Part shown: in pieces, positions 7,129-13,517 of the stretch
Layout of the letters: every line of letters begins with the position of its first letter
Numbering within the stretch: position 1 is the stretch's first letter
From: Hormoscilla sp.
GTDB lineage: Bacteria; Cyanobacteriota; Cyanobacteriia; Cyanobacteriales; Desertifilaceae
Reading direction: 5' to 3'
DNA length: 13,517 bases
NCBI GenBank assembly: GCA_051439505.1
Contig: JBFRWI010000155.1
Coordinates: 1 to 13,517, forward strand
Notes under the pieces: generated by a model
Seen by the model: the letters and a program-made list of their open reading frames with translations, nothing else
What the model was told of the DNA's origin: nothing
The model's database searches: none
Translations under genes and position numbers: made by a program

Positions 7129-7229
7129 TGGCTAATGGTTAATTGCTAATTGCTAATTGCTAATTGCTAATTGCTAATGGACAACTAACAACTAACTTGG
7201 TGGGCAGTGCCCACCCTACCAACTAACAA
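7124..7229. repeat. Heptamer STRR tracts: (GCTAATK) x8 followed by ACAACTA repeats
   Basis: Eight 7-nt units at 7124-7179 (one is GTTAATT), ACAACTA x2 at 7181-7194, and CAACTAACAA again at 7220-7229. The tracts lie between convergent genes. Confidence 0.92.
7199..7219 (-). repeat. GTAG-family REP element
   Basis: The minus strand reads GTAG-GGTGGGCA-C-TGCCCACC, i.e. a GTAG tetranucleotide plus an 8-bp palindrome. Confidence 0.85.
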
Positions 7230-7232
7230 TTT

Positions 7233-7964
7233 TCAACCTACAAACCCCTGCCAAATTTTCTGGGCCGTATTTCTGATGAAAGGATTGCGGGATAGGGTTT
7301 GACGGAGGGCAGCGCGCGTGATTTGGGCAGAGAAAAACATCAGCACCCGCTTCACCATCTTCTTAGCTGGCCAGGGCAAAACCACCGCCAAAAAACCCGA
7401 GGCGATCGCCTCGGGGGGAGTATTATTATTTAGAGAGGCGATCGCACTACTAAGAGTGGGCAGCCAAACGACCCCCACAGCAACTCCCCAAGATAACCCA
7501 TTAATAAATTGCCTGCTTCTCCTATGCAGGGTACTTAACAATTGATTAATCAGCCAGTGGTGGGTCGCAACAATCTCCAAACAGTAAGGATGTTGTAGAT
7601 AATCCCGACGCACTTGGTTAATCACATCTCCATCCGCAGACAGTACCGTCCGCAACACGAATTGTCCCTGTCTGCTTCCTATCTGTTGACCGTCTTGCTG
7701 GTTAACTAAATAAGTACAAAAGGTCAGTCCAGACTGAATGCGGTTGCCATCATCGAACAGCGCCAACTTTTGCAGCGAGGCCACCAAACGCCAGGGAATT
7801 TGCAACCGTTCTCCCCGATATCGGGCTACTTGAATTGCCTGTAACACTGGCTGATTCAAATAGAAAATCAACTCCCCCTCTTCTATGCCAATGCATTGAG
7901 CTAAAGAATTATCTCGAACTTCTTGCCGCCGCCGGGCCAACCACCGCCAAAATTTTGCAATCAC
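7233..7964 (-). CDS. Hypothetical membrane protein (243 aa, two C-terminal hydrophobic segments)
   Basis: Open frame whose GTG start overlaps the upstream TGA (GTGA at 7961-7964). Hydrophobic segments FINGLSWGVAVGVVWLPTL and AIASGFLAVVLPW, followed by a basic C-terminus. Confidence 0.82.
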   Translation of the reverse strand: MIAKFWRWLARRRQEVRDNSLAQCIGIEEGELIFYLNQPVLQAIQVARYRGERLQIPWRLVASLQKLALFDDGNRIQSGLTFCTYLVNQQDGQQIGSRQGQFVLRTVLSADGDVINQVRRDYLQHPYCLEIVATHHWLINQLLSTLHRRSRQFINGLSWGVAVGVVWLPTLSSAIASLNNNTPPEAIASGFLAVVLPWPAKKMVKRVLMFFSAQITRAALRQTLSRNPFIRNTAQKIWQGFVG

Positions 7965-8740
7965 CTGCCGTAATCTCCCGGTCTAGTTGGGAAATCCGAT
8001 GGCTGCAATTCTATAGGTCTAAATGGCAAATCACTACCACCCGGACCTCGCTGAATAATCGCTTGGACTATATTCACCATAAATGCCAATATACCGTGCC
8101 ACTGCTGTTCTCCAGATGACACTCCCTGAGAGTGGATGCTGACGAGCGTCTGTCTGAATTCACTTGACAGCAGCTGTTCGTGGTAGCGGTTGATAATATC
8201 CCCATCTAGCTGCATTATCGTTTGGGCATAGATAATGTCCGTCGTTTCTGATTGCAAATCCGAGCTATCCAACGCGGATTTAAGTTCAATTATTTTCCGC
8301 AAGCCCCGTAGGAATCTCCCATTATCTAGCAGCCGTTGCAACTTTTGTTGCTCGTTAGGATCTCCGGGATTTGGCAATCTTTCCTGGGTATCGAATATAT
8401 CTGCGATCGGGTCTTGCACCAGCTGACGATACTCCCAAGCTAATTTTTTGCGTAAGTTTCTATAGCGAGGGTATAAAGCTAGTGGTATTTGCCTCTCCAC
8501 AAAGTATCTGTTGTCCATTTCTGAAGCCGGAATTTCATAGATGTATTGATACGCCTCCTCAGGAATAAACTTGTTTCCCGATATCTGAGCCACTATCATC
8601 GTATTTACCTCTAGGGCTGTGATGTCATTCATCACTTCACCCAAAGACCGAATAAATTCCTTAAACCTCTCCTGCAACCTATTCGTTTCTTTCTCAAATC
8701 TATCGGGTTGTTCCTCGATTTCCGTATTCGGCATCGGCAT
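7961..8740 (-). CDS. Hypothetical protein (259 aa)
   Basis: ATG with AGGAG 7 nt upstream. Globular-looking sequence containing LEVNT and QT.MQLDGDI...H motifs. Confidence 0.88.
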   Translation of the reverse strand: MPMPNTEIEEQPDRFEKETNRLQERFKEFIRSLGEVMNDITALEVNTMIVAQISGNKFIPEEAYQYIYEIPASEMDNRYFVERQIPLALYPRYRNLRKKLAWEYRQLVQDPIADIFDTQERLPNPGDPNEQQKLQRLLDNGRFLRGLRKIIELKSALDSSDLQSETTDIIYAQTIMQLDGDIINRYHEQLLSSEFRQTLVSIHSQGVSSGEQQWHGILAFMVNIVQAIIQRGPGGSDLPFRPIELQPSDFPTRPGDYGR

Positions 8741-8854
8741 CTACATCTCCTGGTTTGATAAATTACTATTCCCAATCTGAACGATCTCTTGAGAGCATGT
8801 CAACTTTGTCAATAAGGATTTTGGCTCTTCAACATAATTACCTGCTTCTGAGGT

Positions 8855-8887
8855 CAACTGACCACTGACAACTGACCACTGACAACT
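8855..8887. repeat. Heptamer STRR tract (CMACTGA) x4.7
   Basis: CAACTGA CCACTGA CAACTGA CCACTGA CAACT. Confidence 0.85.
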
Positions 8888-8906
8888 TCTCCCTTTCTCA
8901 GTAATT

Positions 8907-8936
8907 GTAAGCATTCAGCGATCGCTGAATGCTTAC
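8907..8936. repeat. 30-bp perfect palindrome centred on HIP1 (possible terminator or RNA-stabilising hairpin)
   Basis: GTAAGCATTCA-GCGATCGC-TGAATGCTTAC, 20 nt downstream of the stop codon of the acidic-protein gene. Confidence 0.85.
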
Positions 8937-8955
8937 CTTTTGGGGCGATCGAGTG

Positions 8956-11673
8956 CTAACGCTTTTTCTTTGACTGCTGGGAAGAAGGCGACTCTACCAG
9001 TTCGAGATCTGCAAATGGATCCTCTAAATTTCCTACATTTACATCATCATCGAACAGCGAATCGAGATCGTCTGCTTCTTCGCCCCCAGAATTGATATCT
9101 GACTCCTCGTCGGACTCAGCAAATAATTCCGCCAAGGGGTCGAATTCCTCTTCACTCTCGAAATCGCTAGCTGGCGCCGGTGCATCGTTCGTATTTGCTA
9201 ATAAAGCCGCTAGCGGGTCATCCGACTCTTCATCATAACTGCTATCGTCCTTTGTTGTTGCTGTCGCCTTAGTGCCATTGCTTTGGGATGAATCCCACAT
9301 TTGGGGTTGTTCGCCAAACATATCTGCATCGAAATCATCTAGGTCCGATTCTTCCGTATCGAACATCGACCCTGGCGTTTCCTCTGCTGTCTGGGATGCA
9401 GCTGAAGAGAACGCATCATCTAGATCTTCGCCGCCCAGATCTGCACCCGTCGTGCCCGGGTATGGCTGAGGTTCGTCAAACCCCGCATCTGCATCCCCGT
9501 CATTATCGAATACGCTCATCAAAGCCGCATCATCGTCATCATCGAAGGGATTGGACTCTGAGGGCAATTCTAATTCCTGGGACTCCGCTAGTGCTGCCGA
9601 TTCACCCCAGAGGTTTTCTAACTCCTGGTTCTGTTCCATCTCATTTATCCCCAAGGCATCGTCATCCCCTTCTGGCATCTCCAGCAACTCCGGTGCTTGC
9701 GTCTCTGGGGTTTCCGACGAGTCCCACAGAGAGTCTAACTCTTCAGGAGAGGCACTCTCGTCTACCTCTAACTCTTCTGCCACTTCCATGCCAGATGAAC
9801 CAAATACATCTGCTAATGCTTCATCATCCCCATCCATTGGCAAGGCATATTCATCAATTTCTTCATTTGGGACTGCCATTGCTTCCTCTCCAGTTTCCCC
9901 TTCTTCCCCGAGGAAGTCTAGGTCCTCATTCGATTCCCACTCATCCTGTTGGCCTGCTGAAGAAGCGGCTGCTGGATCGTCCTCTAAAACCGTTGGCCAT
10001 TCAGCCGTTGAGTCTGCTTCCCAGGAAGTTTCCGGTTCTTCCCAGCTAACTGCTAACTCTTCTTCGCCAGTACCCATGAGATCGGCAGATGCTTCATCAT
10101 CTATTCCCAGTGCCAGAGACTCTGCTTCTGTATCCGACGGCAACTCGGGCTCATCCTCCCAGCTGGATTCTAACTCTTGTTCCGTTTCCAACGCGCCCAG
10201 GATCTCGGCTGTTTCGTCCTCTTTTATCTCTGTGGACCCCGATGCTTCTGTCTCTAGGGCACCCATAATCTCTACTTCCGAATCTTCTATTACCGGTTCA
10301 TCCTCCATTGCTGGCTCGACTAAGGTCTCTGCCAAGGGGTCGGGTGCCATTGGTTCTGGTTCCGGTTCGTCTGCCAATAATTCGGTATCATCCCAGCTGG
10401 ATGCTAACTGTTGTGTCCCATCCATCATCCCTAGGTCTGCTAACGGATCGGACTCCATTGACTCAACGAATGTATCGGGGTCGCCATCTGTAGCTGTTTC
10501 CTCGAACGCTACTGGTTCTTCCGAGGGCGGAGTTTCCAGTAATTCCGTTTCATCCCAGGTCGATGCTAAATCTGGCGGTGTCTCCAACTCCTCGTCCAGA
10601 CCATCTGTAGTATCGTCATCCAGAGCGATATTTTCTGATGCTTCTGAAGAACTCAGGTCACTTTCATCCCATGTCGAGGCTAAATCTGGGGATGCCTCCA
10701 ACTCCGAGTCCAGACCATCTGTAGTCTCGTCATCTAGAGCGAGATTTTCTGATGCTTCTGAGTCTGTCAGGTCGCTTTCCTCCCAGGTCGATGCTAAATC
10801 TGGGGATGTCTCCAACTCCTCGCTCATCCCATCTGTAGTTCCTTCCTCCAGATCGAGATTTTCTGATGCTTCTGACTCACTCAGGTCACTTTCTGGGGCT
10901 GTTTCATCTTCCCGAGAGCCCCATGCCGCTGCTGCCGCTGCCGCCATCCCTACTACTGCTGCCGTTCCTGCTGCCACTGCTGCTGTCTTCAGGGCCGAAT
11001 TTCCCCCGGCGTCCTTTTCTGCTGAGGGTGCTGCTGTTTCGGGGGCCTCTGTTACAGAGGCCAAATCATCTGCCGATCCATCTAACTGGAAGGCCGCCAT
11101 CACCTCGGCGTCATCATCTGCATTCGTCGGGAGTGAGTCTTCTGTTTCGGTGTTTGAACTCACTGGGGAAGTGACTGGTTCCTCTGGGTGCGCCCCTAGG
11201 TCTGGCTCCGACCAAGCTGCCGATCTCGTGCTGCTACCTGGGGCGATCGCATCTGGTTGTATACTTTTTAGTTCTGGTGAATGGGTTTTGCCATCTTGGG
11301 CCGCTACCGTCTGCTGTGTCATTCCCACCCACAGTTCCAGCAGTTTCTGTAAACTGGAGATATTTCTTTCTATTATCTGACCGCTGGCCTGCATCTGGCT
11401 GACGTGAAAATCCCGCAGTTCGGCAAACTTCTCGCCTTCGAGGAATTTGCTACCGATTTCCGTTTCGATCTTGCCCTCTACAATGTTCAGCCTCGTGCGC
11501 ATTATCTGAGAACTATCCCCCTTTTCCCTTGCCTGGGAACCGCTCTCGGGGTTTGACGAGGCGATCGTCGTCGTAATTTCCAACTCGATCGACTGTCCTA
11601 ATGCCGTTTTCAGGGCATCTACTATTCTACCTTCCTTGAGCGCTGCTTTGAACTCTTCGCTTGTTGCTGCCAT
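8956..11673 (-). CDS. Hypothetical protein (~905 aa): ~120-aa N-terminal domain plus a very long D/E-rich disordered region
   Basis: Likely ATG at 11673 (MAATSEEF) after the purine-rich GGGAAGGGGA. It has an Ala-rich hydrophobic stretch (~10921-10990), three 38-aa repeats, an acidic tail and a KKKR end. Confidence 0.88.
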   Translation of the reverse strand: MAATSEEFKAALKEGRIVDALKTALGQSIELEITTTIASSNPESGSQAREKGDSSQIMRTRLNIVEGKIETEIGSKFLEGEKFAELRDFHVSQMQASGQIIERNISSLQKLLELWVGMTQQTVAAQDGKTHSPELKSIQPDAIAPGSSTRSAAWSEPDLGAHPEEPVTSPVSSNTETEDSLPTNADDDAEVMAAFQLDGSADDLASVTEAPETAAPSAEKDAGGNSALKTAAVAAGTAAVVGMAAAAAAAWGSREDETAPESDLSESEASENLDLEEGTTDGMSEELETSPDLASTWEESDLTDSEASENLALDDETTDGLDSELEASPDLASTWDESDLSSSEASENIALDDDTTDGLDEELETPPDLASTWDETELLETPPSEEPVAFEETATDGDPDTFVESMESDPLADLGMMDGTQQLASSWDDTELLADEPEPEPMAPDPLAETLVEPAMEDEPVIEDSEVEIMGALETEASGSTEIKEDETAEILGALETEQELESSWEDEPELPSDTEAESLALGIDDEASADLMGTGEEELAVSWEEPETSWEADSTAEWPTVLEDDPAAASSAGQQDEWESNEDLDFLGEEGETGEEAMAVPNEEIDEYALPMDGDDEALADVFGSSGMEVAEELEVDESASPEELDSLWDSSETPETQAPELLEMPEGDDDALGINEMEQNQELENLWGESAALAESQELELPSESNPFDDDDDAALMSVFDNDGDADAGFDEPQPYPGTTGADLGGEDLDDAFSSAASQTAEETPGSMFDTEESDLDDFDADMFGEQPQMWDSSQSNGTKATATTKDDSSYDEESDDPLAALLANTNDAPAPASDFESEEEFDPLAELFAESDEESDINSGGEEADDLDSLFDDDVNVGNLEDPFADLELVESPSSQQSKKKR
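10550..10893 (-). repeat. Three intragenic tandem 114-nt (38-aa) repeats
   Basis: TTTTCTGATGCTTCTGA occurs at 10631, 10745 and 10859. The peptide unit is ESDL..SEASEN..L...TTDG...ELE..PDLASTW. Confidence 0.92.
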
Positions 11674-11955
11674 GATGATTTCCCCTTCCCATATATCGGG
11701 CTTGTTTTTTCCCTCCGGCGTTAGCTGCCGCACCCCACCTGTTGCTGAATCTGCCTACTTTCCTTATGCTACTCTACGGTAGTCCCCGTCCTTGGCCCCG
11801 CCAGGGCCAGTTTACCATTCCCAGCCCTCTGACCGCGAGTAAGTGGTGCTCGGCATCTCTTACTCGGGTGCTGCGATGTCTATGTTCTTTGGTCGGTGCG
11901 ACTGACCACAACTGTTTCCTATCTTATCCTATTTTACAGAGAGTTAAAAGTTATT

Positions 11956-13242
11956 ATGTCAGAGAGCTTATTTGCTGATGCCAGTCTGAGACTGGAAAAA
12001 GCCTTAAAACATGTGGAAATTTCCCCTGATGCGATCGAGCACTTAAAGTTTCCCAAGGCTAGTTTGAGAGTGTCGATCCCGGTGCGGATGGATGATGGTT
12101 CCTTGCGTGTTTTCCAGGGCTATCGGGTCCGGTATGATGATACCAGGGGACCGACTAAGGGGGGCATCCGCTATCATCCGCATGTTTCTATGGATGAGGT
12201 GCAATCCTTAGCTTTTTGGATGACCTTTAAGTGTGCGGTGCTGAATTTGCCCTTTGGCGGGGCCAAGGGGGGCATCACGGTCAACCCCAAGGAGTTGTCT
12301 AAGCTGGAGTTGGAACGGTTGTCTCGGGGCTATATCGATGCGATCGCGGATTTTATTGGCCCCGACATTGACATTCCGGCACCGGATGTCTACACGAACG
12401 AGACGATCATGGGTTGGATGATGGATCAATACAGCATCATCCGGCGACAGTTGACACCGGCGGTGGTGACGGGCAAACCCATTACCCTGGGAGGGAGTGC
12501 GGGCCGCACTCAGGCCACGGCCATGGGAGCTTTGTTTGCGATCGCAGCCATTATGCCGAAGTTCAACCAGTCTCCTCAGGATACCACGGTAGCGGTGCAA
12601 GGTTTTGGCAATGTGGGGGCGACCCTAGCGGAGTTACTCTCCAATGCTGGCTATAAGGTGGTGGCGGTGAGTGATTCTCACGGGGGGATTTATGCCAAAA
12701 AGGGGTTAGATATTCCCAGTGTCAGAAGATACAAGGAAGCCACTAAAGGCATACAAGCTGCCTACTGCGAGAAAACTGTTTGCAATATTGTCGAGCATGA
12801 AGTGATTAGCAATGCCGATCTGTTGACCTTGGATGTGGATATGTTGGTGCCTGCGGCTTTGGAAAATCAAATTACCGAGCAAAATGCTTCGGATATTAAG
12901 GCTAAATATATCTTTGAACTGGCCAACGGACCGATTACTTCGGGGGCTGATGATATTTTAGCAAGGAAAGGGATTCAGGTTTTTCCTGATATTTTAGCTA
13001 ATGCTGGTGGGGTGACTGTAAGTTATTTTGAATGGGTGCAAAACCGCAGCGGACTCTATTGGACGGCGGCGGAAGTAAATCAGCGGTTGCAAGCTAAGAT
13101 GGTAGAGGAAACTGAAAATATCTGGGCGATCGCGCAAAAAGAGGGTGTTTCCATGCGGACTGCTGCTTACATCCATGCCCTGCATCGGATCTCAGAGGCG
13201 ATCGATGCTAAGGGGACGCGGGCCTATTATCTCAGTCGCTAA
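11956..13242 (+). CDS. gdhA: Glutamate dehydrogenase (Glu/Leu/Phe/Val dehydrogenase family, ~428 aa)
   Basis: Motifs GPTKGGIRYHP, LPFGGAKGG (catalytic Lys), DIPAPDV, VQGFGNVG (Rossmann fold) and PDILANAGGV.VSYFEW. The likely start is ATG 11956 (MSESLF). Confidence 0.95.
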   Translation: MSESLFADASLRLEKALKHVEISPDAIEHLKFPKASLRVSIPVRMDDGSLRVFQGYRVRYDDTRGPTKGGIRYHPHVSMDEVQSLAFWMTFKCAVLNLPFGGAKGGITVNPKELSKLELERLSRGYIDAIADFIGPDIDIPAPDVYTNETIMGWMMDQYSIIRRQLTPAVVTGKPITLGGSAGRTQATAMGALFAIAAIMPKFNQSPQDTTVAVQGFGNVGATLAELLSNAGYKVVAVSDSHGGIYAKKGLDIPSVRRYKEATKGIQAAYCEKTVCNIVEHEVISNADLLTLDVDMLVPAALENQITEQNASDIKAKYIFELANGPITSGADDILARKGIQVFPDILANAGGVTVSYFEWVQNRSGLYWTAAEVNQRLQAKMVEETENIWAIAQKEGVSMRTAAYIHALHRISEAIDAKGTRAYYLSR

Positions 13243-13308
13243 AGTTTCCCGATCGCGTAAGCCAGGCGGATCGCCTGTCCGGGAATTATTCGCCGATCCT
13301 TTGAGGAA

Positions 13309-13336
13309 AATCATGGAAGCGATCGCTTCCATGATT
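13309..13336. repeat. 28-bp perfect palindrome centred on HIP1
   Basis: AATCATGGAA-GCGATCGC-TTCCATGATT, downstream of gdhA. Confidence 0.85.
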
Positions 13337-13437
13337 GTGAACTTGCCGAAATTGCAGCCGTCAGCGACTCGGTTGAGTGATGATGGAAGGAAATAAGTTA
13401 AAATGATAATGCAGCAATCGGTAGGAGATTTTCAACC

Positions 13438-13517
13438 ATGACCATTGCACAGATAAAAACCCCGATCGTTTACCCGGAACCAGACGGCGAACCTATGGCA
13501 GAAAGCGACGCAGCCCG
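13438..13517 (+). CDS. Uma2 family (DUF820) putative endonuclease, 5' end only
   Basis: AGGAG at 13423-13427. Translates MTIAQIKTPIVYPEPDGEPMAESDAA; YP..DG.PMAE is the characteristic N-terminal motif of cyanobacterial Uma2 proteins. The frame runs off the window. Confidence 0.8.
   Translation, partial: MTIAQIKTPIVYPEPDGEPMAESDAA

Noticed and set aside
9551..11380. 609-aa Ser-rich ORF on the + strand (also 9288-10049 and other small ORFs here)
   Set aside because: Antisense shadow of the D/E-rich gene: GAA/GAT-rich codons give stop-poor TCx runs on the other strand. It has a TTG start and no domain features.
11700..11955. NtcA box or glutamine riboswitch upstream of gdhA
   Set aside because: No GTA-N8-TAC found by eye, and no match to the glnA-motif conserved segments.
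13145..13396. 83-aa ORF overlapping the gdhA 3' end
   Set aside because: It overlaps gdhA out of frame, runs through palindromic intergenic DNA and has no recognisable motif.

Overview
Cyanobacterial chromosomal window, probably from a filamentous Oscillatoriales-type genome: it has at least 11 exact HIP1 GCGATCGC sites, heptamer STRR tracts and GTAG-type REP palindromes. In order it contains: (1) the 3' part of an apparent HEARO/omegaRNA with a terminator but no IscB gene; (2) a large 3xTIR - TM - 15xWD40 receptor-like gene; (3) a small membrane-protein gene bracketed by inverted copies of a double-hairpin repeat; (4) an LpxB-like glycosyltransferase carrying an in-frame tandem REP insertion and overlapping head-to-head with an ankyrin gene; (5) three co-oriented hypothetical genes that share an unnamed G-x-[IV]-x8-L-x7-[LI]-x3-H domain, one membrane-anchored, one soluble and one fused to a very long acidic disordered tail; (6) gdhA; (7) the start of a Uma2-family gene. 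The best candidates for something undescribed are the three-paralog cluster at 7233-11673, the orphan omegaRNA and the NTPase-less triple-TIR receptor. All calls were made by eye, without database searches.
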